In this document: piece by piece, positions 52,993-64,000 of the stretch
How the letters are laid out: the number at the start of each line of letters is the position of its first letter
Position numbering within the stretch: position 1 is the first letter of the stretch
DNA from: the human T2T-CHM13v2.0 reference genome, Homo sapiens
NCBI RefSeq assembly: GCF_009914755.1
Contig: NC_060928.1
Direction: 5' to 3' (one strand)
DNA: 64,000 bases
Made by a program: the position numbers and the translations under genes
The notes under the pieces: model-generated
What the model was told of the DNA's origin: nothing
What the model saw: the letters and a program-made list of their open reading frames with translations, nothing else
Databases searched by the model: none

Positions 52993-53890
52993 TATTATTT
53001 CTTCAATTTATACTTTATCACGCTTTATCACTGGCTATTTATACTGTCACTTCCAGAAATTTTAATAAGAAATAATTTACATATACACATACACAACCAT
53101 ATATATGTCTTCATATGCCCACGCAAACACACAGCATATGTGCATGTACAATTGTTTGACTCAAAGAGAGGTATATCTGACACTTAAAATATTTATTTCT
53201 AAAATATGCATTTCAAAATGTATGGCTGGGCTAATTTTGTCTTTAAGTATCTGCCCTTGGAAAATGAACTGAATTTTTATAAGTAATGAGAAACCTGGGT
53301 AAAGCTCTCCTAGAAGGTTGCCCAAAAAGTATAAAGCCTGAGGCATTGCCAATTACTAGCTTCCAGAAAATACCGGATGTAGAGGTCACCATTGTTATTA
53401 CAAACTATGAAAATAAAAAATATTTTAAAATTCTTTTTGTGTGATGAAAGGCTAAAAGCTGAAGTATGTGTTGCCATGGAAATAGTGTTTTGTTTACAGC
53501 ACTTGTCTTTTCTAGAACTCATCCATTTAATGGTAGGAGAGAACCACTTCAATCTTGACATTGTATTACACTCGGAGCTTTCATTACTAGAATAATATTT
53601 GTTCATTTTTCAATAAGAAGCATAAAATGTTACATTGCTCATTTTGTCCATTTGTTTAATGACACTGGTAGGCTTGTTACTTAAATTAAATCCATCTAAA
53701 GAAAATAAATATGTACTGGTTAATCCAACTGAACCCATGTAAATACACTACTGTGGCTCTAAACATTGGCAAATATAACAAATCCTCACTACCATACAGG
53801 ATGGCATGTTACAGATGATGTTCTGCTTCACAACCAATGACGATGGTGCCAGAACTCTCGTGTTCTTGTTTCTCCTACTTTCTGATAATT

Positions 53891-54243
53891 TGTACTAATC
53901 AAGATAGGATTGGCATTGCAGATGTAGTAATCAAACATTTTATTTCTTGCTTTCACAAAATCACTCTAGTCCGTCTGAGTTTCGGGGGATTTGGCTGCTA
54001 CACGGGAATTCATTGAGGTTGCTTTTGTCTTCTGGTTCCACAGTCTCAACACATAATCTCCTCACTGCCCTGGCAGAGGAACAGAATGCTGGAGGGTTTT
54101 CTACTGACCCAAAGGGACACACGTGATTTCTACTCACAGCTGTTTGGCTACGGCTTGTTTCATGGTCCTAGTTAATTGCAGGAGGGCTAAGAGAAATAGG
54201 AAAGTTCAGGTTACATTTGTCAGATGTTCTTAATCCTGTCACA
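53891..54243 (-). mobile_element. Old MLT1 (J/K/L-like) LTR
   Basis: GGGACACACGTGATTTCTACTCACAGCTGTTTGGCTA...CATGGTCCTAG.TAATTGCAGGAGGGCT. Confidence 0.6.
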
Positions 54244-56559
54244 TCTATCATCCAGGTAAAAATTTTCACAGATCTATGCCCACAAACCAGGGGGAGTATT
54301 TTTTTTTAACCATCCGCAAGCCTGTTCCTTTGGTCTGTTGTACTTTTGAATTTTCCGATTCTCTTTTCTTTTCTTTTTTTTTTTTTTTGTATTCCCTGAC
54401 ATGAAATAAAATTATACATTTTATAACTTTGTCAAATTCTACATGCTATTTCCTTACTTGAGCTTAGATTTCTCTTTTTTGACCTAACAAGCCGGTATCA
54501 TTTTAAAATTCAGTGTTTCAATGCCACTTAAATAGAAATGCTCCTTTTATCCGCCAGTCCCTTGCTGTCATAATACTATATGTTAGGTGAAGATTTATTA
54601 TATAATTTATCAGATTGAATATTTCTCATGTACATTCCATATCTCCGTGTGTGTGTCTCTCTCTCTGCCACATTCTTTAACCTTCCCCTACTATAAAGAA
54701 TACGGAATGTGAGTACCCATGTTATAACTACCTGTGCTTCAAAAAGAATGTAGGTTACAGTATTTACACAGTTTATTGTTGAAATAGCTAAAGAGATTAG
54801 CATCGTGCTTATGCATATTTAAGTGCTCAATACATAGTACCTTTATTATCATAAAAATAATATTTGGATTATATGATTACTTACAATGTGTAGACTTGGT
54901 ATATTACTTCTGTAACTTTTTATTCATAAGGACTGCTAAATCGTATGATTCATTTGATTAGATAGCATTCACAACATTAGAAAATTAAATATAACCACTA
55001 AAATATTCTACATTTTTGATTACTTGGTTTTGATTCTTTGTCTCATAGGCAAGAGAAATAGTATAAACAGAGGAATGGAATTATAACTAGAAATCCTATT
55101 TTGGTGAATAAGCTGAGGACTTCCTAGAGAAGCTGTATGATGTGAAATAGTTGCAAATAATGGCAAAGTAACTCGTAGATAAATTATTTTAAGCCTTTAT
55201 TTGTTAGGTTGCTGCATAGAGCTGCAAAGCATCAACAACATATTTCCTCAAAATGTAGAGTTTACAAGTTTTTTGAGCTCCCTGATGTTTGCAATCTATT
55301 CCAGTCTCAATGTCCTCTAATTGTACATCAATCATCTAATGATCTAGATTGCCCATTGCTTGCAGCTATCTTTTCATGTTTTATTTGGTTAAAGGAAAAT
55401 CAGCTTTACATTGTGAAAATGCATACTGTTAGCGAATTGTGAAATTGTGAGGAATTGTGCTGTAATTACTGAATATTGGCTCTCCATGAACATGTTGCTT
55501 AAACGTGGGAAGATCTGCCAGAGAAATTAAGTTTCTCTCCTCAGTAGTCCATCGTTACAGCAACAATTGTGGAAATCAAGTGAGATGTGGAACCATTTTT
55601 GATTGCCTTAAATGGCACATTTATATATGCCAGAAAGAATATATGCTTCTATGTAAATTGAAAAAGGGAAATGAAACAGTCTGTGGATGTGGACTCTCTC
55701 GGGTTGAATGTAGGTGGATCAGTTCGTACTTAACATCTGTTCAGGCTGCAAATGCAGAGGAAGTTTAATATGTTTACTCAATCATACTGGTTTCCTGGGT
55801 GCCAAGGCAGAAAATCTAAAACATGTGACTTCTGTTCACACTATGTGGGAGCTATTTAGAACAAAGGTGATGATCGTGGAAGAAAATGTGGAGACGCTAT
55901 CTCCGGTGCCAGCACTGTTGGACTTCTTTGTTGCCAGCAATCAACAGCCCTTAAACATCAACATTTCAAGGTTTTGTCGACCACTGTACCAAGTAACCTC
56001 TAAAAACATTTAAGAAGAAATAGAAAATAACACTAGGTTATTTCTTAACATATCAAAAGAATATCAACATATGGCCTTGGATCCTTTTCATTCCCCGTCC
56101 CTATAACTCAATACAAAATTATAATACATTTAATGTAGCATTCCAGTCCAGATAGTAGTTTGTGGAATTAAATTTCAAACTCCCTTTTTGAAAATTTTCT
56201 TGTATTCATAAACACTTTAGCTAGCCAGGGCAGCATGTTTCTCTAGGAACAAAAGTGGGGAGTTACAAAGAAGGCAATTTATAAGAAATAGATTTCCGTC
56301 AAAATTTTATGAAACAGAAGAAAAATCATAAAACAGCAATTAATATTAGAAGAAAGTCTTATCAAATTCTATATAATGATTTTTCATCAATATACTTGGC
56401 CTCTAATTAGTTAAAAGGAAGATCATGCAATGCCCAGGGTTTTTATCTTGTGGTTACTATTCAATTTAAATTCTTATATTCCCCAAAATGTCCTTGTTTT
56501 AGTTGGTAAGACAGCAAGACAGTAGCTACAATTCAGTGGAATTAAGTACTTTGCCATAT

Positions 56560-56900
56560 TCCATGAAATATACAAGGAGAGGTCAGAAGAAAGACAATTA
56601 TTTTTGTCTGGAGGAATACAAAAAGGTGTCACAGAGTTGGCATTTGAATTGGATGCTGAAAGATGAATGAAAATGCACTAGCTGGAGGTGAAAAGAATAT
56701 AATGGACTGAGGAAAGGTCCTTTCCAAAAATCAAGAAAGCTGTAAAAGGCATGGGGATTTTAATAATTATCTTCAGTTGGAATTACATGTATGTTGAGTG
56801 CAGGGACAAAATTGAAAACATAGTTATGGCTGAAAAGTTATATGGGAAATTATTATCAAAGGCTATTGATGTCAAGCTAAGAAGATTACATTTTACCTAA
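56560..56900 (-). mobile_element. Degraded L2 fragment
   Basis: CACAGAGTTGGCATTTGAATTGGATGCTGAAAGATGAAT is an antisense-L2 motif. Confidence 0.5.
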
Positions 56901-57395
56901 AACGCCTATGATCTTTAAAGTGGATGTAAGACTAGTTCCTCTTCCCCATTCTTATGTTTTCCATGTTATTTGTAAAAGTATAATGTTTTAAGTATTTAAT
57001 TGACTAATAAAATTACATTAAAGAAAAATGACTTACTTTAAAGACATGACTTGTATAAGCAGACTTGTTGTTATCTACTTAATATTACATAAATTTAACA
57101 AGTAAATAGACAAAGTTACAATATGAATGTTAATATATATGTTATAAATGTATGTCTATCCACTTTGAAAGTATGATAATATATTTAGCTTAAAAAATAA
57201 GAGGATAAAGAAAAATCAGTCTATCAGAGAAAAAAATTAATGATAGAAAAATAAGAAATCCATAAATGATATTAAAGCTTCCCTTCTCTGTTGTTGCATG
57301 TTATGAGTGGTTCTCATATTTACTGAAGAACTAAGGTAAAGTACTGGTTTTGTAAGGGCGGGATATACTGACTATAAAGCTTAAGAATAAAATCA

Positions 57396-57665
57396 AGCAG
57401 AAAACCAAATATAGCATGTTCTCATTTGTAAGTGGAAGCTAATCACTAGGTACACAGGAATACAAAGAGGGGAAGGATAAACACTGGGAACTCTAAAAGA
57501 GGGGTGGAGGGAAGGGAAGGGAGGACTGAAAAACTACCTATTTGGTACTATGCCCACTATGTGGGTGACAAGATCAATTGTATCCCAAATCTCAACATCA
57601 CATAATATGCCCATATAACAAATCCACATATGTATCCCCTGAATGTAAAATAAAAGAATTATAAG
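57396..57665 (+). mobile_element. 5'-truncated L1PA16/L1PB 3' end
   Basis: CAGAAAACCAAATATAGCATGTTCTCA...GAAAAACTACCTATTTGGTACTATG...CCCCTGAATGTAAAATAAAAG. Confidence 0.88.
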
Positions 57666-58749
57666 AAAGCAAAAATTAAGCAGGATTTTTCTAAAGGGGT
57701 TTCAGTTTGAAATGACCTTGAATGACCTAGAATTTAATGAATAGCAGACATTTAATAACCTAAATTAACAAGCAGTGACAACAAAGAAATATTAATTTTA
57801 CATTATTTTAACCAAGCTGAGAGTTCACCTGTTTTGAGGTAGGCACAAATTAGCTAAATTCTGTTTTGTGGGGCTTTTTTTTCCCCCACAAAAAGGCAAA
57901 TTCTCAAAGCTGTAAGTAGACCTCTGTTATTTTCAATGTACTTAAAATATTAAATAGTTTTATTTAATAAAACAGCAATCTTGTAGCCTTTAAATTATTT
58001 TAATTCTAGGAAAAAATGACATATGACTTTTTAAAAATTTTATCAACTATTTGTTTTGGGTTTAATCTAAATATTCCATAACATACCTAGGGCCAAAATG
58101 TTCTAATACTGAACCAAAATATGTCTCAATAAACAATAATAGTGCTCCAGGTATGGAAGTGCTGGGTGACTAATATCAGGACTTGATTACTAGCACTAAC
58201 TCTCATCAGTATTTCAATACCAACTTCAGTGCTAATAAGACATCAATTTGCTGTAACAAGTATTTACAAAATATGCTCTGGCAACAAAAATGAGATGTGC
58301 CATGTGACCTCCTCTCACATACAAAAAAAAAGTATGCAAGGTAATTCAAAAATTGGAGTTGTTTAAAAATATCCTCACATTTATTGAGTTTAAATGTTCT
58401 TTTCATTATGAGGGTAATTAGATCATCAGTCTAAATGAACATATTTTAATAAACAAATGAATTCTCAGCAAAAATCCCAAGTACAAAAATAAGATTTATT
58501 TTTTAAATGAATGAGTGCTGTTTCTTTGAATTTGGACAATCTGTATATTTAAAATCTAATTTTGAAAATGATTCCAATTTTAAATTAAGAAAAATGCTTT
58601 ACATACTTGAATCTAAAATTATGTGTTATAATACTATATGTATTTGGAGATGTGTTTCTTTGTATAACAAATAAATTATATTTACAGATGTGTGCCTAGA
58701 GAGAATATGTATCTGTAGATACTTCACAATTAACAGGAATACTGCATTT

Positions 58750-58771
58750 GAGAGAGAGAGAGAGAGAGAGA
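58750..58771. repeat. (GA)n microsatellite
   Basis: GAGAGAGAGAGAGAGAGAGAGA. Confidence 0.92.
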
Positions 58772-59032
58772 TGGAGACAGGCAGAGAAAATATGAGGCAA
58801 GGTGAGAAAGAGAATCCCATAATAATCTTCAGAGTAAAAAACAAAATTTTATGTTTCCCTCACCAACATAGACTATTGCCTCTGTCTTACAATTGCTAAT
58901 GAAGAACTATAATCTTCTCCTAAATCAAAGTCAGTAAAAGGTAAATGTTATTTTAAATTTTTTTAAATTTTATTTTACCTTCATTTCTTTTCAAGTACTC
59001 TTCCTTTTTGATGTAGATCTGAGTTCTCTCTG

Positions 59033-59189
59033 TATTTTATTTTATTTATTTTATTTTATTTTGTTTTGTTTTGTTTTTTAGAGATGGAGTGTCACTATGT
59101 GGCCCAGGCTAGTCTCCTGGCCTCAAATGATCCTCCTGCCTCAGCCTCCCAGAGTGCTGGGATTACAAGCATGAGCTACTGCACCCGGC
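59033..59189 (-). mobile_element. Free left Alu monomer (FLAM_C-like) with a (TTTTA/TTTTG)n tail
   Basis: TAGAGATGGAGTGTCACTATGTGGCCCAGGCTAGTCTC...GATCCTCCTGCCTCAGCCTCCC...GCACCCGGC. Confidence 0.88.
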
Positions 59190-60275
59190 TGAAAGGTAAA
59201 CTTTAGATCACCAGTATTGATAGCTCTACATGATACTTAAGCTGAACTTCGGCATAAAAATAACATATTAAACAGGATATAGGATGGTATAACCATTTAC
59301 TTGTTAAAACTTAAATTTTAAATTGATTTATTTATTCACATCAAAACAAAAAATATCTGAAAACATTTTCATTCTTCCATTTAAGTAGTTAAGTTGAAAA
59401 CTTTGGACTTTTCTTAACCAATTTTCCTCAAGTTATCACTGGTTTTCATTAAATGATATTCCTTTTCAGCTCTTATCCACAGGGGTTTGCACTGTTTTCA
59501 CAAAAATTGCAGATAATTTAAACCTGTGGTAGGAAGCAGGGGAAGGTCAGTGAAATAGCATTATCATATAGTGTCTTGTTCAGTGAAGTAACACTTAAAG
59601 AGAAGTGTCTGCTGAAAGCCAGCCAAATCATTGTCAACTCTGGAACGGTCAGGTAGTTGAGTCTTCCAGGTTGTTATTCAAGTTCTCCTTTGAATTTAGG
59701 GAATGCTGGGATGAGTAAATGCCTTTCAGAATAAGTGAAATTTAAGAGTATTGTACAGTTCAATGTTTCCATTGCACGAAATAATCATGGTTTGGTGAAT
59801 AACAGCAAAACTGGAAGTGAGGAATGCTCTATATAGATAAGTCTGTCCAGGTTTTAGCCTTTGACTCTGTCAAGGAACTTTTCCAAGAAGCTTTAATTAC
59901 CTTACCTATAAACTAGGAAAAGTAAAATTTACTCTTGTTCCCAGCATGGTGGTTTTAGGAATCAGAGGGAACACATTTGTTAAAAGAGCATTTGAAATAA
60001 AAATTTATAACAATGCTGTTTTAATTCTCACAAGATTTTTGAGAATGTTAAAACATCAGCAATTATAATCTTCAACTTTGATCCAACAAAGTTCATAAGA
60101 AGATATATTGGCCATCTTTAATTCATGCAATGATTCCTTAAGTCATTCAACCATTCACTGAGCAGCTATGATGTGTAAGTGAATATCTTTACAATTAATG
60201 TACTAAAAATCAAAAAGAAGAATAGCTAATATGACTAACCATGTTGAAATATGGTTAATTACCTTAAAGGAAATA

Positions 60276-60775
60276 CAGTTGACTCTTGAATAATGCAAAG
60301 CATTAGGAGTGCCAACCCCCTGCACAGTTGAAAATGTGAGTATAACTTTTGACTCCTTAAAAACGTAACTAATCATAGCCTAGTGTTGACGGGAAGCCAT
60401 ACTGAAAACTTAAACAGTCAATTAACATATATTTTTTATATTATATGTGTTATAAACTTTATTTTTACAATAAATAAAGCTAAAGAAAAGAAAATGTTAT
60501 AAAGAAAAATCACAAGATAAAATGTATTTACTACTTATTAAATAGAAGTGGATCATCATAAAGGTCTTCATCCTTCTTGTCTTCATCTTCTGTAAACTGA
60601 AGAGGAGGAGGAAGAGAAGGGGTTGGTCTTGCTGTCTCAGGAGTGTCAGAGGCAGGAGAGGTGGAGGCGCTGAAAGAAGAGGCAGGAGAGCAGGCACACT
60701 TGTAACCTTTATTGGAAAAAAATCCATGTGTTAGTGGACACACACAGTTCAAACCCATTTTCTAAGGGTCACTTG
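60276..60775 (-). mobile_element. Tigger2a (MER28) DNA transposon
   Basis: Terminal inverted repeats CAGTTGACTCTTGAA and TCTAAGGGTCACTTG, flanked by TA; internal GTGGATCATCATAAAGGTCTTCATCC and GGTTGGTCTTGCTGTCTCAGG. Confidence 0.92.
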
Positions 60776-61030
60776 TAGATAGAAAGTTGTACTGGGTTGA
60801 AAACCAATATAATTAATGATAGAAAAATAAATATAATGTAGTTAGACCAAGACACTTTTAGCAAGAAGAATGAATTAGAAATGCAAATCATTTTATTCTC
60901 TCAATCAATTCAGAAATCTATACCTTAAATATGTTGTCATTCAAGAACTGCCTCATCAAATCATATTACTCCTTCCTCATCAAATGTCACTCAGAATCTT
61001 GTTATTCTGTTTAGAAATTTTAGTACTACC

Positions 61031-61229
61031 TTTTTATAACTTTTATCTAAGTTCAAGGGTACAAGTGCAGGTTTGTTAAATAGGTAAACTAGTATCATAG
61101 GGTTTGTTACACAGATTATTTTACCACCCAGTTATTAAGTCTTGTACCCATTAGTTATTTTTCCTGATCCTCACCCTCGTCCCACCCTTCACCCTCGAAA
61201 AGGCTCTAGCACGTTTTGTTCCCCTCTAT
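61031..61229 (-). mobile_element. 5'-truncated L1PA13-15-like 3' end
   Basis: GTTCAAGGGTACAAGTGCAGGTTTGTT...CAGATTATTTT...TTTTTCCTGATCCTC.CCCTC.TCCCACCCT. Confidence 0.88.
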
Positions 61230-61620
61230 AAATTAGCCCTTTGCTAAGGAAAATACAACATACAGTTTTCTCTGACAAAGGCTTGAGAAGGCTCTTCTAA
61301 ATATACACTACCCATTTTAGAAATCAGATTAAAAATATAGAGAAATTCATATTCTTTTTTTACTAATAGAGGATCCTAACTATTGTTCTTATATAGACAA
61401 CTAACCAGACTTCACATGAAAGTGGGAAATGTTTAATACAGTTTTGAGAAGTGAAGATTGAAAAATAACACAGCAATCATGATATGAAGCTGTACAACAT
61501 TTGCTTTGAGCTATTTGACCCACCAGTGAGTCAAAGATTTCAAGTAATGTTTATTTTTTATTATATTTTTCTTCTTGGGGTAACTATAACACAATAAAAA
61601 AGAATTCATAAAAATTATAA

Positions 61621-61977
61621 TGTATTAATCCATTATCATGCTGCTATATAGAACTGTTGAGGACTGGGTAATTTATAAAGAAAAGAGGTTTAATTGACTC
61701 ACAGCTTGACATGGCTGGGGAGGCCTCAGGAAACTTACTATCATGGCGAAGGCATCTCTTCACAGTGTGGCAGGAGAGAGAATGAGTGTCGAGCAAAGAG
61801 GGAAGCCTCTTATAGGGCCATCCGATCTCTTGAGAACTCACTCACTGTCATGAGAACAGCATGGGGGAAACCATCCCCATGATTCAATTATCTCCACCTG
61901 GTCCCACCCTTGACATGTGGGGATTATTACAATTCAAGAGAAGATTTTGGGTGAGGACATGGAGTCAGACCACATCA
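61621..61977 (-). mobile_element. Solo THE1D-like LTR (MaLR)
   Basis: TGTATTAATCCATT...GACTGGGTAATTTATAAAGAAAAGAGGTTTAATTGACTCACAG...GGCCTCAGGAAACTTAC...CATGATTCAATTATCTCC. Confidence 0.93.
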
Positions 61978-62369
61978 CCTATGAATTTTTTTTTTTTTTT
62001 TTTTTTGCTATTTTAGGTTCTACTTTTAATTCCTTCTACATAAAAGTTTCACACCTTTTAACTCAGCACATTCTCAACTTCTCCCATGTTAGTATCTAAC
62101 ATGGGTCAGTCCTTGCTTGACATGTTTCTCTCTATTCTGGATTTATATGCCTATTCAATTTCTCTGACTTTCAGCATTTTGGTTTTTAGCCAATGTCACC
62201 TAGTCTTAAACTTAGTTAATTACCAATTGTCCCATTGTTCTATTGGCCGTTGGGCAGATCTGTCATTAATCTATATAACCATTTGGAAACATATTCTCTT
62301 AAATGTTTTTGAAGATAATTATATTTTCAGCTTGACTCTATGGAGAGATGATACAAGCACACACACGTG

Positions 62370-63225
62370 CACACATGACTCCTAATTTTCTTATCTTTAT
62401 TAATGTTATTTCCAACCAGCACTTCTAAATCTTGATGTAACTTCCAACACTTCTTTATTTGTTTTTCCCTTCAATTTGAGCCACCACAATTCCTTTTATT
62501 CTCATTTCTATCCCTACTCAGGATTTTATGAACTGACTACTGGATTTGCTCAATGGGCTCCTGCTGTTTCAACATTTGAAGACCTGCCTTTATAATCAAT
62601 CAAAACCATCCACATCAGAATCACTTTTAGAAATACAACCTTGATCATGTCTCTCACTTTTTAAAACCCTTCAGTTTGTGACCCTGCTTATGATCCAAGG
62701 CCCAACCTTCTTTTTTAGACACTGATAGTTTTCTAAAGTCTAGCCTGAATGACCCTTTCTATTCTTATTTTTCATGTATTTGAAGAGACATCTTACTCCC
62801 CTCAAAACAGATAACTCATGGTTTTCTTGGTACTTCTTCACATTCTTATTATTGTGCATCTGTTTATATTTTCCCCTAGAATTCATTTTCACTTCTCTCT
62901 ATTAAGAACTCTTTTTTTTTTCCAGTGGTCATTTATATCCAATTTTCAACAAGAAGTTCTGCTTAATCACTCTATGGAGTGCTCATTCATGTGAAAGAGG
63001 AAGTTATAAAGCAATAAATAAAGTCACAGTTAAATGAATGCCATATTTGGGGATTTGATACAGGAAAACTAGAATGCCGTGAACTAAGTTATCCCTGCTA
63101 CATGGGTCTTTCCTCAACTAGATTATAATTCCTAAAGGTCACAGATCATATATGTCCTTTTTCCGCTTCTTCATTTCTATTATTTCTTATAAATCTTTCA
63201 AATAAAATTTGCTCAGTGTATTGTA
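62370..63225 (+). mobile_element. Degraded L2 fragments
   Basis: TGATCATGTCTCTCAC..TTTAAAACCCTTCAGT...CAACTAGATTATAATTCCTAAAGG.CA.AGATCAT. Confidence 0.55.
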
Positions 63226-64000
63226 TTACTACTTGATCACCTAAGTATGAAGGCATATTCTATAAATGCAAGGCTCTGGGCAGAAATTTTTTGAATTTGT
63301 CCTGACTCAAGAAAGCCTTAGAAAGATACATAAAAATTTCCCATTTTCTAGTTTTATGGCATAATTAACTAATTGTACAAATGGTTATTGAAAGATTTAG
63401 AGCGTTAGGTACTCTGTGAAGTTCTGAAAAAATGGCAGTGGAGAGAAAAAGTTCCTGCTCTCAGTAGATATGTACTTTCCTTAACATCTGCTAATTTTAC
63501 AATTACATTTGTTGATTAACATGTGTCTTTACTCTCTACAATTCTCCATCTTGTATTCTGTACATTTACATAATTTGTATATCCCCAGTACAAATACTAT
63601 CTCCCTTTTCCCTCCCCACTGGAGAGGCACCACTAATCACAGATTTTCATGCAGTAGACAGTATCAATAAATACTGTGTTTGTGAGCATCAGGCATGAAA
63701 TACATACATACAAATATCATCATAGATATAACTATTTATAAGTTAATCTGGTGTCCAGATAGCTGCTGTCCTCTATATAAACAAACTATTTTACTCGGAA
63801 GGAATATTTTTTTCTCTATTAGATTCATTTAAAGAAAGAAAGTCTTGTTCAAAGTTTTCAAGTTCTCAGAGTTCCTGTTGATCAAACACTTCCTGAGCTC
63901 AAGAAGCATCTTTAGAAAGACTTGTCATTTAAATTGTAGAGGTATATTTCCAGAAACAGTTTGTGTTTTCTAAAATCAGTTTAACTCGTGTTAATAGTTT

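Noticed and set aside
60497-60758. ORF with Pro/Ser-rich and acidic segments (EDEDKKDEDLYDDPL)
   Set aside because: Intrinsic to the Tigger2a sequence; no intact transposase.

Overview
This is AT-rich, CpG-depleted primate (most likely human) intronic or intergenic DNA. I can support no host protein-coding gene, tRNA, rRNA, CRISPR array or CpG island. The listed ORFs are chance frames or translations of Alu, L1, ERVL, Tigger and microsatellite DNA. The window holds many degraded transposable elements: Alu/FLAM, MIR, L2, L1 of several ages, MaLR LTRs plus one near-complete MLT1 provirus, LTR8, an ERVL reverse-transcriptase remnant, MADE1, MER44, MER1B and Tigger2a. Families were recognised from memory of consensus sequences, so subfamily names and edges are approximate. 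I found no new multi-gene biological system. The best leads are small structural oddities: an Alu with a G-rich tract in place of its poly(A) tail inside an intact target-site duplication (TSD), a 65-bp local templated copy, a micro-inversion plus inverted duplication inside an L1MC, a fold-back palindrome, an L1 that keeps its 5' end but lacks its 3' half, tail-to-tail L2s, a possible FLAM 3' transduction, and a few enhancer-like unique segments.
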